This document shows, piece by piece, positions 29,932 to 39,907 of a stretch of 64,000 nucleotides of DNA. The notes below the pieces were generated by a model. The model saw only the letters and a program-made list of their open reading frames with translations. It did no database searches and was not told the DNA's origin. Within the stretch, counting starts at the first letter, position 1. Every line of letters starts with the position of its first letter. The translations under genes were made by a program, and so were the position numbers. This stretch comes from a virus, in the IMG/VR virus record IMGVR_UViG_3300047678_000160, positions 31,729 to 95,728 of that record; one strand, given 5' to 3'.

Positions 29932-30154
29932 ATGAATAAATACAAATGCACAAATTGCGGGCGAGAAGAGTCGTCTTATTCTGCTCCATTGAGCTGTTTT
30001 GGTTGTAACAAGAGCTCGTTTTCGGAGCAAAGTGACATTGGAACCATTGGGTTTCGGTATTGACCCTACCTGCGGAAGCATCGAGCCTTCAATTAAGCTT
30101 GGCAATGGATTGGGACTCGGATTCGACGGTCATATTACATTCAATCTATTTTGA
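29932..30154 (+). CDS. Small zinc-ribbon protein, apparently frameshifted near 30050
   Basis: CTNC...CFGC; Gly-rich continuation FGIDPTCGSIEPSIKLGNGLGLGFDG in another frame. Confidence 0.4.
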
Positions 30155-30182
30155 TAACGCCTGTTGACCTATATTTATAGGA

Positions 30183-30455
30183 ATGGACGTATTTTATGTT
30201 TCTTATCCTGTAAGTGGTTCACCAGAAGGGTTGATAACTGCCAATGCTGGCGCTTTATTTTTGGCTGCTGGAAGTTATAACAAAATTAATTATAGTGGAA
30301 CTGGTTCTTGGATTGACATAACATATAAAGCACGTAGAATTCCAAGTAGCCGTGAAATTCCAAACGAATTTGGCGGAACCTATATCTACACAAAAACAAC
30401 AAACGGAACAAACACAGGTTGGAAATTTTTGACCTCAGGCAGTTTCTTTTTCTAA
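30183..30455 (+). CDS. Small virion-type protein
   Basis: GSPEG.ITA..GALF ... YTKT...NTGW motif seen in tail-fibre-associated domains; preceded by ATATTTATAG. Confidence 0.45.
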   Translation: MDVFYVSYPVSGSPEGLITANAGALFLAAGSYNKINYSGTGSWIDITYKARRIPSSREIPNEFGGTYIYTKTTNGTNTGWKFLTSGSFFF

Positions 30456-30901
30456 TGCAACCAGAATTATTCATCATGGTCGGTATCAGTGGTTCAGGCA
30501 AAAGCACATTTGCTAATGGACTGAAAACATCCAAGAGTGCTACCATTGTTAGCACTGACGATATTCGTGAGGAATTGTTTGGTGATGCCGGCGTCCAAGC
30601 GGACGGTGGAAGAGTGTTTGGAATTGCTCGTAAGAGAGTTCACGATTTATTAGCTCAGGGAAAGAACGCGGTTATTGATGCGACCAGTTTGAACGCTAAA
30701 GACCGCCGCACTTGGGTTGAGATTGGAAAGGCAAACAACGCTAAAATTACGGCGTATGTTGTGAATCCATCTATTGAAAAGGCGAAATTACAAAATCAAA
30801 AGAGAACTAGAAAAGTTCCGGATTTCGTCATTGACCGCCAGTTTGCTAAATTTAAAATGCCTTCAGCTTCGGAAGGCATTGACGTAGTTGTTTCTGTCTA
30901 A
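30455..30901 (+). CDS. P-loop polynucleotide kinase-like protein (AAA_33)
   Basis: MVGISGSGKST, VSTDDIR, VIDATSL...R, R.RKVP. Confidence 0.8.
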   Translation: MQPELFIMVGISGSGKSTFANGLKTSKSATIVSTDDIREELFGDAGVQADGGRVFGIARKRVHDLLAQGKNAVIDATSLNAKDRRTWVEIGKANNAKITAYVVNPSIEKAKLQNQKRTRKVPDFVIDRQFAKFKMPSASEGIDVVVSV

Positions 30902-30952
30902 TCTTATTATAGGTTGACAGCGTGGTTGAGTTGGCATATCCTATAGAGGATT

Positions 30953-32308
30953 ATGAATGTATTCGATTTTTCGGAAGAGAAAGATTCTACCAAGGCATAC
31001 CCATACAAAGTATTGGTCTATCCAAATATAACATGGGCCAAGGACTTGAATAAAGATAGCTATGTAGTTGTTATAAACAACATCATAACCAACCTAGAAA
31101 AAGTTAGAAAGGATATTCACTGGACTCTTTTGCTGCCAGAGAAACTTCCAATGTTCAATAGAGACAACATTGAACAGATAATTTATTCTCTCCCAACGTA
31201 TCCAAATCAGATGCGTGCGCACTTTAACACAGATGAATTTCTGAAAGCAATTGACTGGAAGAATACCGATTTTGATTTGGTTTATAGCCACTTGCCAGAA
31301 CACACTCTCCAAATCAAAAACGTATTATACAATACGACCAATTTGAAACCCAACTTCATCGGTTACAGTCATTGGACGGAATTTCCAGAAGTGACGGGTT
31401 ATCCAATGACCTTACGCTCTCACAATCTTCTTGGATTGATGGAAATGGATGTTTGTGGTATCAATACCGAAGCACAAAAACAGCTTCTATTGAAACATAG
31501 CACAGAATTCAGTAAAGGCTCAGTTGAGAGAATCGACAAGGTTGTGGTTCCTCAATATCTCGGATGGGAAGTTCCCGATTACCAAGAATTATCTCGAAAG
31601 GGAAAAACGATTGTGTTCAACCATCGTCCAAATGAATATAAGAGTTATCCTTGGTTTTTGGCTCAAATGGATAAATTATGGGCCGAGCGACAAGACTTTA
31701 GAGTTTGGGTTCCTCTTGCGGAAACTCCTGATAGAGAATACATCGATGTTGGGCTAAATAAAACACGTTACGAATACTTGAGTCATTTGAGTTCATGCAC
31801 CGTTGGTGTTTGTGGAAGACAGAAGTATGCAGGTTGGAGTGTCAGTGCTACAGACGGAATGAGTGTTGGAGTTCCTTATGTTTTTGCTGACGAAGATTAT
31901 TATCGTGAACTGGCTGGAAAGGCCGGGCTTTATTACAAGGATGATGAAGGATTTTTGATGTGTGTAAAAACCATATTGGACAATCCCCATTTGAGATTGA
32001 AGTATTCGGAAGAATCTCTCGACAAATTCAAAGCATCAATGTGGGACAGCGCTATCAAACCTTTTAACGAAATGTTCCAAGATGCATTCGACAAACTTCC
32101 CAAACTTTCAGAAAAAACCGAAAGTTATCAAAAAATTGTTGACTATATTAAGTTGAACAAGAGTGTATCAAAGAAAGATATTCTTGAATACATGGGTTGG
32201 GGAGTCAGAATCGCTTTTACTTCATATCGTAACATGCTTCGTAATGAAGAGGGTATCATCTTTACCAAGAATCGATACGAATACCGTGTTGACACCGTGG
32301 CCAGTTAA
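30953..32308 (+). CDS. GT-B (GT4-like) glycosyltransferase, candidate DNA modifier
   Basis: YSHLPEH, VFNHR...YK, WSVSATDGMSVGVP; lies just upstream of polB. Confidence 0.7.
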   Translation: MNVFDFSEEKDSTKAYPYKVLVYPNITWAKDLNKDSYVVVINNIITNLEKVRKDIHWTLLLPEKLPMFNRDNIEQIIYSLPTYPNQMRAHFNTDEFLKAIDWKNTDFDLVYSHLPEHTLQIKNVLYNTTNLKPNFIGYSHWTEFPEVTGYPMTLRSHNLLGLMEMDVCGINTEAQKQLLLKHSTEFSKGSVERIDKVVVPQYLGWEVPDYQELSRKGKTIVFNHRPNEYKSYPWFLAQMDKLWAERQDFRVWVPLAETPDREYIDVGLNKTRYEYLSHLSSCTVGVCGRQKYAGWSVSATDGMSVGVPYVFADEDYYRELAGKAGLYYKDDEGFLMCVKTILDNPHLRLKYSEESLDKFKASMWDSAIKPFNEMFQDAFDKLPKLSEKTESYQKIVDYIKLNKSVSKKDILEYMGWGVRIAFTSYRNMLRNEEGIIFTKNRYEYRVDTVAS

Positions 32309-32321
32309 TAATCATCATAAC

Positions 32322-32531
32322 ATGAAGAATACGAAAAAGATTTACATTGTCTTTAATCATCAAGGCACATTACTGTCTGCTTTCACTGCCAAAGAAAAAA
32401 TGTTTGAATACATTCGCCGCCATAAATTTGACCAAATTCAAATCAAAGTAGCGACAGCTAATTCTTGGAATGAAACCGAAGGCATTGTTGATGATTCAAA
32501 GTATCTTATCAACCAAGCATATTTCGGTTAA
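32322..32531 (+). CDS. Small hypothetical protein
   Basis: MKNTKKIYIVFN... after a TTGACA box. Confidence 0.45.
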   Translation: MKNTKKIYIVFNHQGTLLSAFTAKEKMFEYIRRHKFDQIQIKVATANSWNETEGIVDDSKYLINQAYFG

Positions 32532-32533
32532 TT

Positions 32534-35044
32534 ATGTATCAAGCGGTATTCTACGATAGAAAGGCATCTGTGGTTCATCTTTGGGATGACAAAAACGGTT
32601 ATGCCAACTTCAAATACGTTCCTTACGCTTTCAGAAAGAAGATTGGGGGAAAATATCGCTCAATTTACGGTGATGAATTAGAAAAAATTACAGGCTTCCA
32701 TCCAGCAACCGGAGGATTGTTTGAATCGGATGTTCCGGTTGATACTCGCGTTCTCGTTGATGCTTACTCTCACAGCGATGAAGTCAGCACTGGTCACCGA
32801 GTAGCGGTATTGGACATAGAGGTTAATTCAGTGGGGGGCTATCCCAACATGGCTACTTTCAATCAGCCCGTGACCGCTGTTGCTGTTTATGACAGTGAAC
32901 ATAAGCATTATTATTGTTATGTTCTCGACGAAGATGGAGTGATTGAGGATTCCGTCGCGGAGTTTCAAACAATCAAAGCATTTAAAACAGAAGAAGAACT
33001 GTTATTGGCATATTTGGATTTGTGGGAAAAAATCAATCCCACCATTGCTACAGGTTGGAATATCGATGGATTCGACTTTACATATCTCTACGGACGCTTG
33101 GAACGAGTGTTTGATGAAAAGACTGCCTGTAGGTTGTCTCCAATTGGCATTGCTTATTTCAATAAGTTTAAGAATAAGATGACCATTGCTGGTATCAACT
33201 GTCTCGACTATCTTCTTCTCTATAAACGTTATTCTCAAAAGAGCCTCCCAAATTTTCGACTTGATACTGTTGGTATGGAGGAATTGAAGCAGGGTAAGAT
33301 TTCTTATCAAGGCAGTCTTGATGATTTGAAGAAAAATGACCCTAAAAAGTTCATTGAATATAACATTCATGATATTAGGCTTATCGTTTTATTGGATGAA
33401 CATTTGAAGTTCATTGACCTTGCAATGTCTATTTGCCACGTTTGTCACGTTGGTTACGAAGAATTCCACGTTAGTAGCAAGTTCCTCGAAGGAGCTATGT
33501 TAACCTATCTACGTAGAGAAAAACTCGTGGCTCCAAACAAAGTATTTGAGGAAAGTGACGACTCACTTTTTGGTGATGATGACGATGACGACGACAAGTT
33601 TGAAGGAGCTTACGTCAAAGACGTTATTCCAGGTCGCTATGAATGGGTATGCAGCGCCGATATTAATTCTCTATATCCGTCAGTTATTATGACATTAAAC
33701 GTGTCGCCAGAAACCAAAATTTGTAAAATTGATGGATGGGACACTGATGCATTCGTTCGTAAAACGATGACAGAAGTTTTATTTACTGGAGAGAAATATC
33801 CAATCGAAGAATTCAACAAACTGATTGTGGATAACAATCTTTCGGTCAGCGCAAATGGTGTTATCTATGACCAAAATAAAGTTGGTTGTATTCCAGAAAT
33901 TTTGAAAAAGTGGTTCAACGAACGTGTTGAATTCAAAGATAAAATGAAAGAGTGTTCCGAAAAAGGTGATAAAGAGGGAACTATATTTTGGAAGCGTCGT
34001 CAGCAAGTTCAAAAGATTCTACTAAACTCGTTGTATGGAGTTGTTGGTATGAAAGGTTGGAGATTCTATGACATGGACAATGCGGAGGCTATTACCTTGA
34101 CCGGCCAAAGCATCATTAAAACTTCTGAAAAATTTGTTAATAGCCATTTAAACCAACGATGTAAAACGAAGGATGTGGATTATATTGTCGCTATTGACAC
34201 AGATTCACTTTATATCAACTATGCTCCTTTGGTTGCGTTTGAAAAAGTATCCGACCCGAAGGCTTTTTGTATCAAAACAATTGGTGACACAGCAGATTCC
34301 TTAAACAAACTGTATGAAGTAATGGTGGTTCGTATGTTCAATTCTTCGTTGAACCGAATTAAAATTGCGGCAGACGTTGTTTCCAGTTCCGCTTTGTGGA
34401 CAGCAAAGAAGCGTTACGCCATGTTAAAGGTATATGACATGGAGTTGAAAAAGGACATTGATAAGCTTGAAGTAAAAGGAATCGACGTAGTTCGCTCGAG
34501 TTATCCAAAAAAGTTTCGTGAATTCATGAGCTCAGTCCTTATGGATATTCTTAGAGGAACTAATAAAAAAGACCTCGACAAGAAGGTTCTTGCTTTCAAA
34601 TCTGAGATTAAGGGCTTTAAATTGTCAGACGTTGCCAAGAATACAAGTGTAAAGTTCTCTGCTAAGAAGGACAAATCTACTTACAATCCAAAGGGTCGTA
34701 GTCCATTTAACTTTATATCAAAAACGCCTGCTCAAGCAAAAGCTGCTCTTGCATATAACGACATGCTCAAGAAGTATGAGCTAAAAGAAACCGAGCCTAT
34801 TCTTGATGGTAGTAAGGTGAAGTGGGTTTATCTATATGACAATCCATTTGGGTTGGATGGATTGGCCTTCAAGGACGATGGAACCGACCCGAAAATGATT
34901 CAAGACTTCTTAAACAAATATGTTGACTGTAACAAGATTTGGGATAAGGAGCTACACAAAAAGCTCGAAGACTTCTACGCAGCATGTAAGTGGGATATTT
35001 ATAGCGTAGATGGTGAGAAGATAAATGAGTTTTTTAGCTTCTAA
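32534..35044 (+). CDS. polB: Family B DNA polymerase
   Basis: Exonuclease DIE, GWNIDGFD, YNIHD; polymerase DINSLYPS, KILLNSLYG, DTDS, KKRY, KGID. Confidence 0.96.
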   Translation: MYQAVFYDRKASVVHLWDDKNGYANFKYVPYAFRKKIGGKYRSIYGDELEKITGFHPATGGLFESDVPVDTRVLVDAYSHSDEVSTGHRVAVLDIEVNSVGGYPNMATFNQPVTAVAVYDSEHKHYYCYVLDEDGVIEDSVAEFQTIKAFKTEEELLLAYLDLWEKINPTIATGWNIDGFDFTYLYGRLERVFDEKTACRLSPIGIAYFNKFKNKMTIAGINCLDYLLLYKRYSQKSLPNFRLDTVGMEELKQGKISYQGSLDDLKKNDPKKFIEYNIHDIRLIVLLDEHLKFIDLAMSICHVCHVGYEEFHVSSKFLEGAMLTYLRREKLVAPNKVFEESDDSLFGDDDDDDDKFEGAYVKDVIPGRYEWVCSADINSLYPSVIMTLNVSPETKICKIDGWDTDAFVRKTMTEVLFTGEKYPIEEFNKLIVDNNLSVSANGVIYDQNKVGCIPEILKKWFNERVEFKDKMKECSEKGDKEGTIFWKRRQQVQKILLNSLYGVVGMKGWRFYDMDNAEAITLTGQSIIKTSEKFVNSHLNQRCKTKDVDYIVAIDTDSLYINYAPLVAFEKVSDPKAFCIKTIGDTADSLNKLYEVMVVRMFNSSLNRIKIAADVVSSSALWTAKKRYAMLKVYDMELKKDIDKLEVKGIDVVRSSYPKKFREFMSSVLMDILRGTNKKDLDKKVLAFKSEIKGFKLSDVAKNTSVKFSAKKDKSTYNPKGRSPFNFISKTPAQAKAALAYNDMLKKYELKETEPILDGSKVKWVYLYDNPFGLDGLAFKDDGTDPKMIQDFLNKYVDCNKIWDKELHKKLEDFYAACKWDIYSVDGEKINEFFSF

Positions 35045-35092
35045 TCTTATTATATGTTGACCATTGGACTAAAATAATCCACACTTGTCTTT

Positions 35093-35338
35093 ATGAAAGT
35101 ATTACAGCGCAAGATTTCCAAGATTATCGATGATAATAAGGGATTGGTTTTTAAGAAAGAGAAGATTGTAAAGCAATTAAACTCAGCCATCGCTTCAATC
35201 AAATCTATCAAAGAGTCGTCTATCGAACTCACAAACATTGACAAAGATGGTCAATTCACTATATTCGTCGGATATAGCACAAGCAAGAAGCCAGAATACA
35301 CCATTCTCACTTGCGAAGTATTTACTCCAAAAAATTAA
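35093..35338 (+). CDS. Hypothetical protein
   Basis: 81-aa ORF between polB and the clamp gene. Confidence 0.5.
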   Translation: MKVLQRKISKIIDDNKGLVFKKEKIVKQLNSAIASIKSIKESSIELTNIDKDGQFTIFVGYSTSKKPEYTILTCEVFTPKN

Positions 35339-35341
35339 CAC

Positions 35342-36073
35342 ATGAACAAATCCACATTATTAAACTATATTGAAAAATACAATCTCAACGGCGTTGTTGA
35401 GAGCGTAAAGTTTACCGTCAAAGACAAGGTATTGAAGACCGCTTTTATCACAGAAGATAAAAACATGGCCGGTAACGTAACCGCAAACGTCTTTGATTTT
35501 GAGGATTGTGAATTTGGTATCCTTGAAACGGTAAAGTTCAAAAACTTCCTCAAGGTTCTCGAAGATGAAATTGAACTTACCTTGAACAAGACTGATGATA
35601 AGCCTACCAGCTTGACCATTTCAGATAAGAATATGGAAGTCACTTTCATGTTGTCTGACCTATCGGTTATTCCTACGGCCCCGAAGGTCAAGGAAGTAAA
35701 AGACTTTGATGTGGAAATTCCTGTCGATTCCGACTTTGTTTCACGATTTGTCAAGGCGAAGAACGCTTTGTTTGATGTTGACAGCTTCACGTTGTTGATG
35801 AATAAGAAGGGTGATAAACTCGAAATGGTCATCGGATTTGCAAGTATCAACAGCAATCGCATCAAGTTGGAATTGGCTCCTACCAAGGGCAAGGACAAGC
35901 TCGACAAGCCGATTAGCTTCAATGCTAATTACTTCAAGGACATTCTTACAAAGAATACCGATTGCACAGGCGCTATCTTTAAGGTAGCAGCAGCTGGTAT
36001 CGCTCAGATGGATTTCAAGAACAAAGAGTTCGCCTCCACCTACTTCCTCATTCAGAAACAGATTGAGAATTAA
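35342..36073 (+). CDS. DNA polymerase sliding clamp (gp45/PCNA-like)
   Basis: 243 aa, two-domain beta-rich pattern, located between PolB and clamp loader. Confidence 0.7.
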   Translation: MNKSTLLNYIEKYNLNGVVESVKFTVKDKVLKTAFITEDKNMAGNVTANVFDFEDCEFGILETVKFKNFLKVLEDEIELTLNKTDDKPTSLTISDKNMEVTFMLSDLSVIPTAPKVKEVKDFDVEIPVDSDFVSRFVKAKNALFDVDSFTLLMNKKGDKLEMVIGFASINSNRIKLELAPTKGKDKLDKPISFNANYFKDILTKNTDCTGAIFKVAAAGIAQMDFKNKEFASTYFLIQKQIEN

Positions 36074-36074
36074 T

Positions 36075-36458
36075 ATGGATGTTCCAGGTTTAATTGTTGA
36101 TACGGTTAAATCTCTCTTATCAATTAAGATAAATGAGAGGTTTGAACTTAACATTCTGTCTTCGAATACTGCATGGACAAAAAGGCAGACCGAGCGCATT
36201 GATAAAAACACTTTCTCCAAGGTTACGTCAAAAACAAAGCCAGAAGATGTTTATGATTCTTACGTTTCTGTTCCTGTTAAGTTTTCAGCTGGTAAACAGG
36301 GAAAGAATGTTAGGTATCTAATTTTATGGAAACTTGCATTTTTGTGGGTTGACCATCATGAAGTATTCTTCACACTTGACAAAGAGTTTGTAAATAAAGT
36401 ATTGTCGTATCCGTCAACTTACAAAGTGACCTCACACACAATTCCAGAAAAAGATTAA
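36075..36458 (+). CDS. Hypothetical protein
   Basis: Likely start MDVPGL. Confidence 0.5.
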   Translation: MDVPGLIVDTVKSLLSIKINERFELNILSSNTAWTKRQTERIDKNTFSKVTSKTKPEDVYDSYVSVPVKFSAGKQGKNVRYLILWKLAFLWVDHHEVFFTLDKEFVNKVLSYPSTYKVTSHTIPEKD

Positions 36459-36459
36459 T

Positions 36460-37413
36460 ATGAATTTTCTTGAAGAAGAAACAGTCGATACAAAACCAGC
36501 TCAATTGGCTCACACCATTTGGGCGGAGCGTTATCGCCCAAATAAACTGTCCGATTATGTCGGTAATACGGTTTTAAAATCGAAGGTAGAACAATTCATC
36601 AAGACCAATGATATTCCACACTTACTTTTTTACGGTAAAGCTGGAACGGGTAAGACGACACTCGCTAAGTTGATTACCAAATCAATCAAGTGTGACGTTC
36701 TTTATCTAAATGCTTCTGACGAAAGAGGTATTGATACTATCCGTGATAAGGTCAGGAGCTTCGCCTCTACTCTTGGATTTAACTCCCTAAAGGTTGTTAT
36801 TTTGGATGAAGCTGATTATTTGACCAATGAAGCTCAAGCTGCTCTCAGAAACTTGATGGAAGCGTTCAGTGCATCCACAAGATTCATTCTGACATGTAAT
36901 TTTCATGAGAGAATTTCTACTCCGATTGTATCGCGTTGTCAGGCTTTTGAAATTGTTCCCCCAACTAAGAAGGATGTAGCAGTCTGTTTAATCAACATTC
37001 TTACCAAAGAAAAGATTGAATTTTCTAAGGAAGACATTGTTTTGATTGTAAACAGTCATTACCCGGACATTCGTTCCTGCATTCAAACTTCACAGCGTGG
37101 CTCAGTTGATGGAAAGCTAACCTTAGATAAGAATGATGTTATTGAAGGAGATTTGAAGACAAAGATTGTCGAAGAATTAAAATCTCCAAATACTGCCTAT
37201 TCAAACATTCGTCAGATGTTGGCGGACAGTTCTATCAGAAACTTCGCAGACTTTTACAGTGTTCTATACGAAAAAGTTGATGATTATTCCAATGGTGCTA
37301 CCGTTGGTGTCATCACGACCCTTGCCGACCATCAATTCATGGACACTTCCGTTGTTGATAAAGAAATCAACTTCATGGCAGCAATCGTAAAAATCCTCAA
37401 CATTATCAAATAA
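36460..37413 (+). CDS. Clamp loader / RFC small subunit (gp44-like)
   Basis: WAERYRP, HLLFYGKAGTGKTT, LNASDERGID, ILDEAD, AQAALR, SRC. Confidence 0.93.
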   Translation: MNFLEEETVDTKPAQLAHTIWAERYRPNKLSDYVGNTVLKSKVEQFIKTNDIPHLLFYGKAGTGKTTLAKLITKSIKCDVLYLNASDERGIDTIRDKVRSFASTLGFNSLKVVILDEADYLTNEAQAALRNLMEAFSASTRFILTCNFHERISTPIVSRCQAFEIVPPTKKDVAVCLINILTKEKIEFSKEDIVLIVNSHYPDIRSCIQTSQRGSVDGKLTLDKNDVIEGDLKTKIVEELKSPNTAYSNIRQMLADSSIRNFADFYSVLYEKVDDYSNGATVGVITTLADHQFMDTSVVDKEINFMAAIVKILNIIK

Positions 37414-37414
37414 C

Positions 37415-37801
37415 ATGCCAGCAAGATATTCCGCAATAGTATTGGACGAAGCTTCCCACAAGAAGCTTGTTGATTGGGCAATTGAAAAATTTCCTACTAT
37501 CAAAAGAGAAAAATATGAAGTGATTGCTCACCACATGACTATCACAATGGGAGAACTCCCTAGTTATCTTCAATCTGATAAGGGAACTGTTCAATCCATT
37601 GAGGTAAGTGGATATGGTAATACCGATAAGGTATTTGCTGTTAGAGTGTCTGGTTACTACACAAAGAACAAGGTTCCTCACATTACCCTTGCCGTCAATC
37701 GTGCCAAGGGTGGAAAGCCTGTTCAAAGTAATGAAATCAAGAATTGGCAACCCCTCGATAAGCCTTTCAATTTGAAAGGCGTTGTCACTGAGGTCGAGTG
37801 A
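37415..37801 (+). CDS. 2H phosphoesterase (cyclic phosphodiesterase, tRNA-ligase CPDase-like)
   Basis: Two HxT motifs, HHMTI and PHITLAV, then KPVQSN.I..W. Confidence 0.75.
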   Translation: MPARYSAIVLDEASHKKLVDWAIEKFPTIKREKYEVIAHHMTITMGELPSYLQSDKGTVQSIEVSGYGNTDKVFAVRVSGYYTKNKVPHITLAVNRAKGGKPVQSNEIKNWQPLDKPFNLKGVVTEVE

Positions 37802-38028
37802 AAATTGTAGAAGCAATATTCAGCTCAGACGGAACATATGTCAGATTAGAGACTGGCAAAGAGAAGTTTTATGCTTCTAAGGGAAAATTTTACGATTGTT
37901 GTCCAGTAAATTGCTTTGCTAAAGTAGTTTCATCAACCTTATCAAAAGAAATTCAGTCAGCGGTCGATAAAGGTGGATACAATCAAGTTTCAGAAGTCAA
38001 AAAATTTATAAAGGATTCAGCAAAATGA
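37798..38028 (+). CDS. Hypothetical protein
   Basis: 76-aa ORF with coupled start/stop. Confidence 0.5.
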   Translation: MKIVEAIFSSDGTYVRLETGKEKFYASKGKFYDCCPVNCFAKVVSSTLSKEIQSAVDKGGYNQVSEVKKFIKDSAK

Positions 38029-38503
38029 AAAATGTCAAAGACAAATTAAAATCGTTGGTCAATCACATGGAATCAAATAGACAGACAGGACATACAACTG
38101 CTGTCATTTATGGAGCAAAACATGTTGATTCTGTTTGGTTGTCCACGATAGAAGCATGGGGGATTATTTGGGAAAATCGAATGGACCACTAAATCCTCAT
38201 GGAGAATTTGTGTTAGAAACCCGCGATATGACTAAGCCAATAGAAGCTGTAACAATTCATGAATTGGATGCCTTGTTGGGTGTTCACAAACCAATTATAT
38301 TTGACAATTGCGCCCTCCACGTTCTATTCAGTGAAGCAATCAAAAAAATTGATGAGGTTGAGAAGGAGAATGAGTCTTTGGAAAACATCAACACATTGAT
38401 TAACAGAGATAATGATAAACTCATTGCTGAAAAGGTAAAACTTAACTATGAGATTTACGAATTGAAGAAGAAACTTGAAGCGGTTAAGAAAGCTATTGCG
38501 TGA
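38025..38503 (+). CDS. Hypothetical protein, frameshifted near 38135
   Basis: MKNVKDKL...RQTGHTTA joins the 38135 frame if one T is added in GTTTGG; C-terminal coiled coil. Confidence 0.45.
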
Positions 38504-38733
38504 AAATCTTTGTCATACTGATTCTATGTCTATTGATTTTAACACCTAAAGAATTTCTTCTTTATTTCAATAGATGGGTTAGGCCGAAATGGTCTTTCAA
38601 ATCAGTTTGCTTTCCTCCGGTCAACACAACATTCCCAATTCTTAATGTAGGCGATTTCGTTGGTGTTCAACCAATGACAAAATCGGCCGATAGTATTTTC
38701 TACATGGATTTCAAACACAATGAGCCTAAATGA
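38500..38733 (+). CDS. Hypothetical protein
   Basis: Hydrophobic N-terminus; FVGVQPM...IFYMDF resembles a major-capsid-like peptide. Confidence 0.4.
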   Translation: MKIFVILILCLLILTPKEFLLYFNRWVRPKWSFKSVCFPPVNTTFPILNVGDFVGVQPMTKSADSIFYMDFKHNEPK

Positions 38734-38953
38734 CTTTAATTTTCCAATGATAGAACTTGTGTTCCCTGCTGGACAAGTAATTGGATTTCAAAAGACGACA
38801 TATCGTGACTCTGTTATAGGCATTGATTTTTCACCAAAAGAAATAGGGTTGTGGATATTTTGTTTTACATATCGATGCACTTGGTATGGGAGCAATGTAA
38901 TAGGCCAAAATGCTATTAGAATTAACAATGAAACTATTTGGAGAGTAAAATGA
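38720..38953 (+). CDS. Hypothetical protein
   Basis: 77-aa ORF. Confidence 0.4.
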   Translation: MSLNDFNFPMIELVFPAGQVIGFQKTTYRDSVIGIDFSPKEIGLWIFCFTYRCTWYGSNVIGQNAIRINNETIWRVK

Positions 38954-39294
38954 TTAGAATTGTAAACAAATACAGACACGAACCGACCCCCAATGACGTT
39001 TATATTGGTCGGGGCTCTCCATTTGGTAATCCATACGCTTTTAAGCCAGGAACCAAAGCAGAATTCATTGTAGCCACAAGAGAAGAGGCAATAGAAAAAT
39101 ATAGAGAACACTTTCACAGGAAACGAATGAACGATGTGTTTATGTATGAGATGCTACAGATAATGTTTGCTGCTCATGTCCGTGGAGAAGATATTAATTT
39201 AGTTTGTTATTGCTCACCAGCTCCTTGTCATGGACAAGTTATTAAAGAATATCTCGACGAAAGATTATCCATTATAGATAAAAATCTTGAGTAA
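38950..39294 (+). CDS. DUF4326 family protein
   Basis: VYIGRGSPFGNPY, REEAIEKY, LVCYCSPAPCHG. Confidence 0.85.
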   Translation: MIRIVNKYRHEPTPNDVYIGRGSPFGNPYAFKPGTKAEFIVATREEAIEKYREHFHRKRMNDVFMYEMLQIMFAAHVRGEDINLVCYCSPAPCHGQVIKEYLDERLSIIDKNLE

Positions 39295-39853
39295 TGAAAA
39301 AAGGTATTTGCGGATTAAAATGCAATATCACTGGAAAATGGTATATTGGCCAAAGCGTAAATATAGAAAGTGCTTGGAACAAAAGATATAAAACTCTTCA
39401 CTGCAAGAAGTAGACAAAAATATACAATGCTCTACTGAAGTATGGGTTTGATAATTTCGACAAAATTATATTGGAAGAGTGTGATGAAGACCAAATTAAC
39501 GATAGGGAAATATATTGGATAAAAATATATAATTCGGTAAAAGATGGATACAATATTCGACCCGGCGGAGGAGGCTTTACGGAAAATCAACGAAAAAATT
39601 TATCTATAGCTAATACTGGCCAAGTATGTTCTCCAGAACAAAGAGAAAAAATATCTAAATCTTGGATAAAACGTAGACTGGTTGGAGTATCGGATGAAAC
39701 TAAAAAACGCATGTCTTTGTCAAAACTAGACAGAAAATTGCAATTGCATGTAGTGGAAAAAAACATTCTATAGAAACTAAGCACAAAATGTCAGAATCAA
39801 GGAAGAGTTATTTTAAAAGAAAAAAATTGACAAAAATAGAATCTAACATATAG
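39294..39853 (+). pseudogene. Decayed GIY-YIG homing endonuclease (in-frame TAG at 39411, frameshift near 39740)
   Basis: GIC...KWYIGQS, YNALLKYGFDNF, E..WI...NS..DGYN..GG; NUMOD3 HSIETKHKMS in a shifted frame. Confidence 0.7.
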
Positions 39854-39907
39854 TTATCGATTGACAGTCCTCATTGTGAGGCTAGACAACTAAACAAAAG
39901 GTTTGAT

